Assembly: GCF_000981445.1 (NCBI RefSeq)
Contig: NC_027218.1
Location: forward strand, 3,410,001-3,474,000
DNA: 64,000 bases
Source: Babesia bigemina
Lineage: Eukaryota
Direction: 5' to 3'
In this document: positions 39,401 to 48,800 of the stretch, in pieces
How the letters are laid out: each line of letters starts with the position of its first letter
Position numbering within the stretch: position 1 is the first letter of the stretch
Made by a program: the position numbers and the translations under genes
Notes under the pieces: model-generated
Database searches by the model: none
Told to the model about the DNA's origin: nothing
Seen by the model: only the letters and a program-made list of their open reading frames with translations

Positions 39401-41865
39401 AGAGTATCTTCTGCTACGGTACCGCTTTTTGCAGCGTTGCCGATGCGCTCATTCTGCAACTCAGTCAATTTCCGTCGAACTGCATTTGTGCTTGTAGAAA
39501 CGGCGTCGGACAGAGTGGCGAGATGTTCGTTGATATTGTTTGACAAGGTAACTAAATTGCTCTTAATGTGTTCAATGTCAATACTATCGGCGTATGTATC
39601 GATGGCCGTGATATTCCTGTCAACATAGGATGCGAGTGTGTCTGTGTCACCTCCTGTGGAGCTGGTTGCAAGTGTCATCCCAAGCTGTCCATGGAGGTTC
39701 TTAATTTTAGTATGAAGTTCTTGTAAAGCCACATCGATTTTGCCGCCGTAGTCCACGCCTGGTGAGGCGTTGTTTACATTGTCGTCAACTTGATTATTAA
39801 TTTCGGTCACTTTTTTCGAAATGTGCGTCAAGTTGGCGCCTACTTTAATCTCTCCACCGTCAGTGAATGATGCAATTTGTTCAGCAACACGCTTTGCTAA
39901 TACTGCCAACACTCCCACAGTGGCTTTGACGGCGAGTGTGAGATGCGTGTTGTTAGGACGACCCGTGCTGCCAAACTGTACCAACTTGCGATCGTATCGT
40001 ACCTGGCCGTCGATAGTGTTAGTGATATCGTCCCCCTTTTTTATCACTTCAGCAGAAAACTTATTCAGATAATTTTTAACATATGACAAATAGTCATCGA
40101 CTGTATTATTATGGGCAAATGTTTTTTGGGGTCCAATTTGATTGATACCATCCTTTATTTGCTCAATAATTTTCTTCGTAACATATGGACGTACGCTTGC
40201 ACGTCCCCTAGCACTCAGCTCTCCATTAAAATAACTGTTCCAAGTATTATCTTCAATATACTTCTCAATCCAACCTTTAACTGCTTCATTACTAACTATT
40301 TCCGGTATCCATTCCTTTAATACTTTCCCAAAACCAACGTCATCTCCATTCGACTCTTTAAACAACGCGGCATACTTGATTACGCCTTGTCTAATCTGTG
40401 TAATACCGTTATCATTACGAACTTTACTTCTACCACTCCGCCCCTCAATTAGATCAACATGGTCTCTAATTTCCTCTTTAAGAACACACCAGTTATGATA
40501 AATACTTGCATCACGGTGGTCGGCTGGCAATCCCGCATCTTTTTTATCTCCCACATGCCCCTCAATGATTTCTATTTTACCCTTTATATGCTGCATTATT
40601 TTCTCAATACTATCTGGCACCTCGCTGATACCGTCATTAAACTTCCTGCCAATCACGCCAATCGCACTCTTTACTTCTCTCACCTTGTCTTGCAGCGTAC
40701 TTTTGATGTTGTCAATGTGAAAATGAAGGGTATCTTTCCACTTTAACAACTCCTTTGCATCTTGCTCGATCGGATATTTTTTACTGGTAAGGCTGTCGTT
40801 CGCCTCATTTACAATGGCATCCAAACTCTTTTCCCTTACGCCGTGAATGAAACTTTGCGTTTTTTCTATCCACTGCTCCAACTCTAGAACATATTGTGAA
40901 AGATCCGTTGCAATCTTCTCCAAATTCTTCTTGATAGGCGTAACTCTCTTCCTCAGTTCATCCACAAACTTTTTCACGTCCTCACCGATTTTACAATCCA
41001 CATCCACTTTCAAAGTGCTCATCACTTCACCAATCTTCTCAATAGTCTTTTTCAACTCCTTGCTTTCCTGCTCCTTCACCCTCCCCAGCCGCTCGCTCTC
41101 ATACTCAACTGTCCTACGCACGTTCTCAAGCTTATGTTTCAAATCGCTATTTAAGTCATTAATTGATGTTTTAAGTACGCTACGTTCAGTGTCTAAGTTA
41201 TTAATGAATGTCTGAGCATTTTGTTTGCACTCTTCCAACTTGGCGTCAATCTGTCCGACGGCCTGCTTCACTTGCTTATCTTGGTACGGTATGAGATTAC
41301 CACGCTTATCTCTCACGTCTGCTAAAACATTATCTACGTCTTTCAAAAATGCATTACTTACCTTATCATTGAGTTTTTTTACTTCTTGTTTGACGAGGTT
41401 ATTAGACACTGAGACGGCATCATTATACCCCCGCACCCCTTCGACCACCTGTCCAATCGCAATATTAAAACCTATTTTACCGCCGTGTTTATTGGTGTTA
41501 AGTGATGTAATTGCTTCATTTAAAGTATTTTTATGCTGCCCTAAATGCTCTTTGATGTTACTGAGAACACCACTCAAAAATCCCATCACCCCGTCACACA
41601 GCCTATCCAGGTCAGAGTACACAATGCCACTGCCATCGTAGCCTTTGGAAGTAGAGTCGAAGCCGAGGAATTTCTCGAGGCCGGAACAAAAGTTATTAAG
41701 GATGTTAGTAGGGTTGTTATTTGAGGTATTTTTGAGGTTCAAAATTTTACAAAATTTCTTGCCAAGCTCCCTAGGCGGCACATGGTCAGGGCAGTGGCAA
41801 GAGGTGGAAGGAGGGAAGTGAAGGGTGACAAGGCACAAGTTATTAGGATGGTTTAAGAAGGTCAT
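36418..41865 (-). CDS. ves: VESA-like protein G5 (tail B, short N-terminus, leader in frame), 1815 aa
   Basis: Uninterrupted ORF from leader ATG to YLQP stop. Confidence 0.9.
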   Translation of the reverse strand: MTFLNHPNNLCLVTLHFPPSTSCHCPDHVPPRELGKKFCKILNLKNTSNNNPTNILNNFCSGLEKFLGFDSTSKGYDGSGIVYSDLDRLCDGVMGFLSGVLSNIKEHLGQHKNTLNEAITSLNTNKHGGKIGFNIAIGQVVEGVRGYNDAVSVSNNLVKQEVKKLNDKVSNAFLKDVDNVLADVRDKRGNLIPYQDKQVKQAVGQIDAKLEECKQNAQTFINNLDTERSVLKTSINDLNSDLKHKLENVRRTVEYESERLGRVKEQESKELKKTIEKIGEVMSTLKVDVDCKIGEDVKKFVDELRKRVTPIKKNLEKIATDLSQYVLELEQWIEKTQSFIHGVREKSLDAIVNEANDSLTSKKYPIEQDAKELLKWKDTLHFHIDNIKSTLQDKVREVKSAIGVIGRKFNDGISEVPDSIEKIMQHIKGKIEIIEGHVGDKKDAGLPADHRDASIYHNWCVLKEEIRDHVDLIEGRSGRSKVRNDNGITQIRQGVIKYAALFKESNGDDVGFGKVLKEWIPEIVSNEAVKGWIEKYIEDNTWNSYFNGELSARGRASVRPYVTKKIIEQIKDGINQIGPQKTFAHNNTVDDYLSYVKNYLNKFSAEVIKKGDDITNTIDGQVRYDRKLVQFGSTGRPNNTHLTLAVKATVGVLAVLAKRVAEQIASFTDGGEIKVGANLTHISKKVTEINNQVDDNVNNASPGVDYGGKIDVALQELHTKIKNLHGQLGMTLATSSTGGDTDTLASYVDRNITAIDTYADSIDIEHIKSNLVTLSNNINEHLATLSDAVSTSTNAVRRKLTELQNERIGNAAKSGTVAEDTLQEIHEKLHELQTGPVSTALKDATDLLDSYLAGADKHYTQLISDHVKKDIQKATDKLTTHARKTYVEAIKFLLTEFAGKVRTELRDLPRKIDADLKIGFKGFMKDFHVPLTNDLRNGDYTVHKLSYAFKLCFGPWQMLLEREIDRVDMEERKRKNRAPTVSEVTYTKKLKSVFGALDEVLMHFTSKNGYDHETHGKLDKLDAEIAGLKPETFAKPNTAILDSIAAGLTKFVSEMRSVYISKYDRALLTDDLTTNHRIKVTTEKSENTYDLTAYGKKCSKVCLTVFSILFNALVEMRRVCGQVGNVKRIYASTSDKKNPLGDFFRSNGYHVATDSSKQDGELRNHGECRSHNILELLVAPSAVFDKRSSQDHSGLLKDLFDYLHFYYQICHFTATSKKHPSSIFDMLCWLTGLSHNRVHHELTLNGFANLFEKPQETASEASDQNADPVVREDDDTDDSEITLKTEDDNALEAYPKKITATCLSDTLTAVCHQAEETLIVLLGHGHGDGIYACDFNTNPQGFQYPTNMDTLVCMLCEIVNRLYNQLYFLLDQCKRSTSMSGWRECEYGQGVGGSGWRCNDLSCGDCNSAEKCKRHPRCGVKSPLQSYLEDGLRGFLPHNLDGNSGKLNCPVKSHTNGPCKTPMGFKDISIMASHRYTGRHIRYVLAEFCGTASSPLTAMCSMLRCVLPSAPKTFDQMFAFFQCLLVDWNDQRFKSLITHREEAFNSAVIAANFENSSTQLEITPMLGTTSHKFGKHADGALYSLLSCNPSSNSSHACGPYMKPICSEVSTTFTVKHADRYLSSVLYLTESFYYVLQQLFEECNSKCGKPGTRCSTQSCAKGCERQQTKRSADPSHDHACISVVSCQSTLPILYKYGFTFRDAESLNGAKRINTKRTCVEFCKTLGNVVKPGSVLYNLVHKTIPEFLFKIRAPFIWLNVALWLLSFLYLLHIMVIRLDLLHIKSHLHSPSSHRIAAQSLLAAARVNKLNRVFYLQP

Positions 41866-41891
41866 AGCGGTATTATGGCGAGGTAATTCGA

Positions 41892-43155
41892 GGGATGTAG
41901 AGTGGGTAAAGGGGCGATGTAGAGTGGGTTAAGGAGCGATGTAGAGTGGGTTAGGGAGCGATGTAAGGTGGGTTAGGGAGCGATGTGGAGTGGGTTAAGG
42001 GGCGATGTAGGATGGATAAGGAGCGATGTAGAGTGGATAAGGGGCGATGTGGAGTGGAGTAAGGGACGATGTAGAGTGGGTTAGGGAGCGATGTAGAGTG
42101 GTTAAAGGGGCGATGTAGAGTGGTTAAAGGGGCGATGTAGAGTGGTTAAAGGGGCGATGTAGAGTGGATAAGGAGCGATGTAGAGTGGATAAGGGGCGAT
42201 GTGGAGTGGATAAAGGGGCGATGTGGAGTGGGTAAAGGAGCGATGAAGAGTGGGTTAGGGAGCGATGAAGAGTGGGTAAAGGGGCGATGTAGAGTGGGTT
42301 AGGGAGCGATGTAGAGTGGGTTAGGGGGCGGTGTAAAGTGGATTAGGGAGCGATGTAGAGTGGATAAAGGGGCGATGTGGAGTGGGTAAAGGAGCGATGA
42401 AGAGTGGGTTAGGGAGCGATGAAGAGTGGGTTAAGGGGCGATGTAGAGTGGGTAAAGGGGCGATGTAGAGTGGATAAAAAGGCGATGTAGACTGGATAAA
42501 GGGGCGATGTAGAGTGGGTTAAGGGGCGATGTGGAGTGGGTAAAGGGGCGATGTAGAGTGGATAAAGGGGCGATGTAGAGTGGGTTAAGGGGCGATGTAG
42601 AGTGGATTAGGGAGCGATGTAGAGTGGATAAGGGGCGATGTGGAGTGGATAAAGGGGCGATGTGGAGTGGGTAAAGGAGCGATGAAGAGTGGGTTAGGGA
42701 GCGATGAAGAGTGGGTAAAGGGGCGATGTAGAGTGGGTTAGGGAGCGATGTAGAGTGGGTTAGGGGGCGGTGTAAAGTGGATTAGGGAGCGATGTAGAGT
42801 GGACAAAGGGGCGATGTAGAGTGGGTTAAGGAGCGATGTAGGGTGGGTTAAGGGGCGATGTAGAGTGGATAAAGGGGCAATGTAGAGTGGATAAAGGGGC
42901 GATGTAGAGTGGGTTAAAGAGCGATGTAGAGTGGGTTAAGGGGCGATGTGGAGTGGGTAAAGGGGCGATGTAGAGTGGGTAAAGCGGCGATGTAGAGTGG
43001 ATAAAGGAGCGATGTAGAGTGGGTTAAGGAGCGATGTAGAGTGGGTTAAGGGCGATGTAGAGTGGATAAAGGGGCGATGTAGAGTGGGTTAGGGAACGAT
43101 GTAGAGTGGGTTAAGGGGCGATGTGGAGTGGGTAAAGGGGCGATGTAGAGTGGAT
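41892..43155. repeat. Repeat A array, ~57 copies
   Basis: Same unit. Confidence 0.97.
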
Positions 43156-43169
43156 AATAATCACCACTT

Positions 43170-43352
43170 GTAACCATGTAATCGCTGCCGTGTCCATGTC
43201 ATCGCTGCCGTGACCATGTCATCGCTGACGTGACCATGTCATCGCTGCCTCAACCAAGTCATCGCTGCCGTCACCATGTCATCGCTGCCGGAACCATGAC
43301 ATCGCTGCCGTGACTGTTAACTTGGTCAGGTGCTTGGTGACCTCGTTGGTCA
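43170..43352. repeat. Repeat B array (43170-43315) plus very short C array (43319-43352)
   Basis: Same units. Confidence 0.9.
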
Positions 43353-43463
43353 TGTTATTACTCATCAACGCAATCACTTCTGTCTATAACATTAGATGCC
43401 AGTTGGCAGTTAGGTTATCAGTGGGATATGGATGACGATGTTCGCGCTACTAAATTGCTTAGT

Positions 43464-43655
43464 TTAGCTGTAAAACGCGATGCAGAAGGGTATCTTGCGT
43501 ACGAGGAAATCGCGGATGTTGCGGCCGACCGGAAAGCGGAAGATGCACAGGTCGAGCAGGATGATGGCGACGATGATGGCAACGACGACGGCGGCGATGG
43601 CTTGGGGGGAAGTAGTCACATCACTGCTCATGTGATTTTTCATCAACGTAATCAT
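43464..43655 (-). other. Orphan F-type TM+tail cassette, in frame with leader (63-aa ORF)
   Basis: ORF track MITLMKNHMSSDVTTSPQAIAAVVVAIIVAIILLDLCIF...CIAFYS. Confidence 0.7.
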
Positions 43656-43701
43656 TAGTGTCTAGCACATTAGATGTCAGTTGCCAGTTTGGTGATTGTA
43701 G

Positions 43702-44151
43702 TTAGCTGCGCAGTAGATACCGCACCCTGTGGAAGGGCCGGATGCGGAAGTAGATCATGACGCAGATGACGACGATGATGAGGGCGACGGGGACGATGAT
43801 GTAAGGGGCGGGGTTAGAAGATGATGAACTAGTAGGGCCGGTGTGATGCAGTTGACCGGTGTGCTGCTCTACACGGGTGGGAGAGGAGGAACCGGAAGAA
43901 AAAGTGTATCCACGCTCCGCATACTGGGCACGTACAGATTCTACATTGCGTGCATTTATACGACAAAAACACGTACAGCCGGTGCCACAGTTTTTACATC
44001 CCAAATCATGGCATAAACCTTCACTTCGGCGCCTATAAGAGGTATCGCGACATACAGAACATATACCTCTACACCGTACACAAGACACGTAGCAGCATCT
44101 ACATTCACCCTGCGTACATCCAGTACCACAGGTACAATTGTCCCTTCCCAT
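43702..44151 (-). CDS. Small Cys-rich single-pass membrane protein s4 (149 aa; R-type tail)
   Basis: Same architecture and start context as paralogues. Confidence 0.85.
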   Translation of the reverse strand: MGRDNCTCGTGCTQGECRCCYVSCVRCRGICSVCRDTSYRRRSEGLCHDLGCKNCGTGCTCFCRINARNVESVRAQYAERGYTFSSGSSSPTRVEQHTGQLHHTGPTSSSSSNPAPYIIVPVALIIVVICVMIYFRIRPFHRVRYLLRS

Positions 44152-44164
44152 CTTCCCCTCTCCC

Positions 44165-44660
44165 TCCCACTCCCCTCAACCTGCAAACATATCAATCACC
44201 TAGCAACGCACTCACCAACTGCAATGTACCACTGCCGCTCCAGTCCCCTCAACCTGCGAACATGTCAATCACCTATGCAAGCACTCACCAACCGCAACAC
44301 GTACCACTGCCGCTCCCAGTCCCCTCAGCCTGCAGACATATCAGTCACCTAGCAACGCACTCACCAACTGCAACACTACCACTGCCGCTCCCAGTCCCCT
44401 CAGCCTGCGATCATATCAATCACTCAAGCAGCACTCACCAACTGCAACACTACCACTGCCTCTACCAGTCCCCTCAACCTGCAAACATCAATCACTTAAG
44501 CAGCACTCACCAACTGCAACACGTACCACTGCCGCTCCCACTCCCCTCAGCCTGCAGACATATCAATCACCTAGCGACGCACTCACCAACTGCAACACGT
44601 ACCACTGCCGCTTCCAGTCCCCTCATCAACACGTACCAGTGCCGTTCCAGTCCTTTCATC
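44165..44660. repeat. Repeat D array, ~6 copies
   Basis: Same unit. Confidence 0.92.
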
Positions 44661-44669
44661 ACCACGTAC

Positions 44670-45168
44670 CCTCACCGCTGTATCCCCCCAGTCCAGGCCA
44701 CCGACACCCACGCTGCCCAGGATACCACGGCTGCCCTGACGCGACGCATGTGATCAGCACCAACTGTCACTCTGAATTATTCACTATTCACAACGCCATC
44801 AAAATTGCAGCGACCCGTGCGCTCAACTCCCACAGTGCAGCAGGACCGTGCTACGAGCCGCGTTATCGGCGCCATACTGGCCGAGCGTGTTGGCTACGTG
44901 CCTAAATGTGATATTAACTATCGCTACATCGCCGCCTATAAAGGCTACTTAACCGGGCCAACACCGATTACGCCGCCCTGCCAGCGACTCGCAACGCACG
45001 ACTTAGGTCACCCGCCGCGGCCCTCACGACCGCCTACGTTAGCAACCAATCACCCAGCCTCACGTGACACTGACTCAATGGGCAACGCGGACGCCTCTCA
45101 CAGTCAACGCGTAACTCAACGCAACAACCAACCGAAGTCCCAACGCACCTACCAAATTACGGTTCATG
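44670..45168. promoter_or_regulatory. Conserved ~500-bp spacer, copy 4
   Basis: Similar to 4600-5105. Confidence 0.4.
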
Positions 45169-45169
45169 T

Positions 45170-45690
45170 GCCAGCTTAGCACTTTGCCTGGGTGCTAGCT
45201 CATCACGTTGCCTGGTTGCTAGCTTACCACTTAGCCTGGTTGCCAGCTTAGCACTTTGACTGGATGCCAGCTTAGCACTCTGCCTGGATGCTAGGTCAAC
45301 ACGTTGCCTGGTTGCTAGCTTACCACTTTGCCTGGTTGCTAGCTTACCACTTTGCCTGGGTGCTAGCTCAGCACGTTGCCTGGGTGCTTGCTTACCACGT
45401 TGCCTGGGTGCTTGCTTACCACTTTGCCTGGGTGCCAACTTAGCACTTTGCCTGGGTGCTTGCTTAGCACTTTGCCTGGGTGATAGGTTAGCACGTTGCC
45501 TGGGTGCTAGGTTAGCATCTCGCCTGAGTGCTAGGTTACCACTTTGCCTGGTTGCTAGCTTAGCACTTTGCCTGGGTGCTAGGTTAGCACTTTGCCTGGT
45601 TGCTAGCTTAGCACTTTGCCTGTGTGCCAGCTTACCACTTTGCCTGAGTGCTAGCTTACCACTTTGCCTGGGTGCTAGGTCAACACGTTG
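45170..45690. repeat. Repeat E array, ~21 copies
   Basis: Same unit. Confidence 0.94.
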
Positions 45691-45849
45691 CATTGTCCTT
45701 CAGTCATCACCTAATCTAGGTGCTATTTAGTTCACAGGTGGCCGCTAGAGTAATTCGAGACATTAGACAACGTTTGTTATTTAGGTGAGTAGGTGATATG
45801 CTAGGTGAGATGTTACGTGAGTTGCTGTGAATTACAAACGTGAATACAA

Positions 45850-48800
45850 TTATGGTTGTAGATACGATATCTTGGCAAGCCTTCCGACTTGCGCTGCAGC
45901 CAACAATGACTGCGCCGTTATCTTGTGCGATGACGGTATTCGCAAGTGTGAGCGTATGTGGAGCACATCCAGTCTGCCAACCATGACGCAGATGAGGTAG
46001 AAGAGGGATAGTGACCAAAGTGCGAGGACCAAGTAGGTGAACGGTTCTCTGATGGTCCAAATAAAGTTGTCACATTCCTCAAATAATTTGGTGAAGTGTT
46101 GCGATTTTAGTACGTTTTGCAATTGCGCGTAAAGGTTACGGCAGTATCTTCTTTCAGTATCAGATAGCAATTTTTTGGCGTCGCCAAATGTGAAGCCGTA
46201 GTTGTATAAAGTGCTCAGCACACCACGGCATCTCACCAGCGATCGGCACCGACAGCTGTATCCATCGCCGTGTTTGCCCGGTCTACAAGAAATGCCGTCG
46301 ACACATCTGCTGCATCCCCAATCTTGGCAAGAGATACTGCTATACGAATCGAACAATGATTTCAGATAGCTATACAGTGACCACGGTAAATCCACGGCCC
46401 ATGAGAGATATAAGTCGGAATGCTTTTTAGCGAGATAACAATACGAATCGCTGCATAGGATCTGCAGGTAGGGTCCGCAGTGGACGTTGTCTTCGTTAGC
46501 AAGCATACATGACTGATCCATTGATAGAGTTGACAGATCCGCTGGCTCAGCAACCCTATGAGAATGGTCATTGCGTTTCTGTGATATGCCATATATCTTA
46601 CTTAGTGCATCTGTAAGCTCGTTAGGTTTACTGTACAGGCTAATGGACACCTTATCAATTGATGATTCGATATGCGATTGCATCCCTTTCTTATCTGCTG
46701 AGACACCAAGCTTCCAACCCTTTACAACGGACAGCGCAAAACCGAAGTGTTCTGCCAAGGTGGATGGTGGTCTGGGTAGTAGGCAAGACAATAATGAAGC
46801 TACGTTGTTCTTTAACAGATCTTCAAGTATGTCGCATATAGCTTTACCAGTTTTCGTGCTACCGGAAAAGGCCCTGAATCCAAGTGGTGTGACGCAGGGC
46901 ATCCCTGGTTTACCAGCAGGGCACGTAGTACATTTGGACTTGCATCCAATATCGGCTAATTGATGAGGTAAATGACCGGGTAAACAATCGTTTAAGTAGG
47001 ACTGAAGGGGTGATGTTGGTTGGCAATTTGCTTTGGTGTTTGCTTTGCACTTTGGTTGGCACGTTGCTTCGTCACTCGAATGGTCCTTGCATCGCGATTT
47101 GCCTGACGGTACAACTTTACCGTATTCGCATTGTTGCCAACCACCGTGCTCAGCATCGAGACTACATTGGGTGGACAGGAACCTGAGCGCTGGTAACAGT
47201 CGGCGGAGAATGTCGAGCAACATGTCAAGGCACGAGGCTGGATCGGAAGGGTAGCGTAGATTGAACGAGTTGTCGCAATATTGACACGCATAATACGTAG
47301 CAGCGTCTCCAGTTCCAACTATGCACGCAAGAACGTCATATGATTTTGAACACATTTCATGTAGCGATGTGACTAGGCCATCATATGTGATGTCATGTGG
47401 ATATGCCGTGACTGGCTCGATGCCAGAGTCGACCAATGGGATCTCCAGACCGTCATCGTCCTTCGCCTGTTTGTCCGGATTTTCGAGCAGTGATGGTAAC
47501 ACGTCGTGAAGCATTGCGTCATACACAGGCCTGTATGGCAGCCCTGTTAGCCATATGCACATCTCGTAGGCATTGCACGGTGACCTAGGTTTAGGTTGCA
47601 ATACCATGTGAGAGACTGCATTGTACGTTTCTAAGTGTTCGAAAATCTGCGTTAGAAGTCCTCCATGATTCTTGGCGAAGCCCATTGATGCGTCTAATGA
47701 CTTAAACTCTGTTGGATATTTATTGAATTCGTTATGCCTAACGAAGCCTTTAGCAAGTCTGACGGCGACATTCCAGCCGGTGCCGTCTTTAGTGATCAGG
47801 TTGCTGACGTCGTAGCCCACTCTGCGCAAATGACGTTCTAATTCTATCCGATCCGCTTCGCCCTGGATTTTGTGGTCCTTCCATTTCTTACCTCCGAAAT
47901 AATATAGCTCATGAAGTTGTTGGTATATCATGTACATGATGGTCACGCATATTCTTGCACCGTTCCTTCCGTCTTTCGTCAAAATCATATTCTCCGCAGC
48001 ATCTTTATTTGCCTCCTTTTTCTTCTTCTTCGGATCTTCAGTCTCCCACTTATCGATCGGCGTTGCACCGTCGTACATGTTGATGTACACCTTCCTCATC
48101 TCATTGACAAAACCAACCAGGCCCACACGGATGCCATCTAGGATGGCAGTGTTCGGATCGGCAAAATCCTGCGGCGTGAGCCTATTGACAGCATTCATCA
48201 GCTCATCGAGCAGGCGGGGAAACAAATAGTCATAGCCTTTTTTGGTGGTGATGTGATTAAGCAAGTCTCTTAGTACTCTATAAACTTGGTTAAGTTCGTC
48301 AGCATATTTTGCGTTATGGTGTTTAACAGGATTGCTTTTGTCGTTGCTTTCCTTGTTAAGCCGCTTGACCTCAATGTCGACGTGGTCCTTGAGTGGTCCG
48401 ATTACGGTCTGAAATGCCGATGATAATGCTTCGACGCTTACATCATTAGCGACGATTCGTTCACAATTCGTATGGAGCTTTCGGAGTAAACCCTTTACTC
48501 CGCTCTCCAGGTCGTCGTTTATGACGATTCTAATTTTGTCAAATTGAGCGTCTACATCGCTTTTTAACTCCTCGAGTTTAGTTTCCATTGTGCGCTGGTA
48601 TACATTCTGGACTTTCTGTATCACAGCATGGAGATCGTCGGTAATCTTATTTTTCATTTCGTTGGCTACTTTGTTAATGGCGTGGTTGGCCTTTAGTTTG
48701 GCTGATGAAAGTTGTTCTGCAGCTTTCGAAGTCCACTGGGTTAATGTCTCATCAACTGCTCTACATTTCTTTTTCACGTCATTAAACTTTCTGCCGAGTT

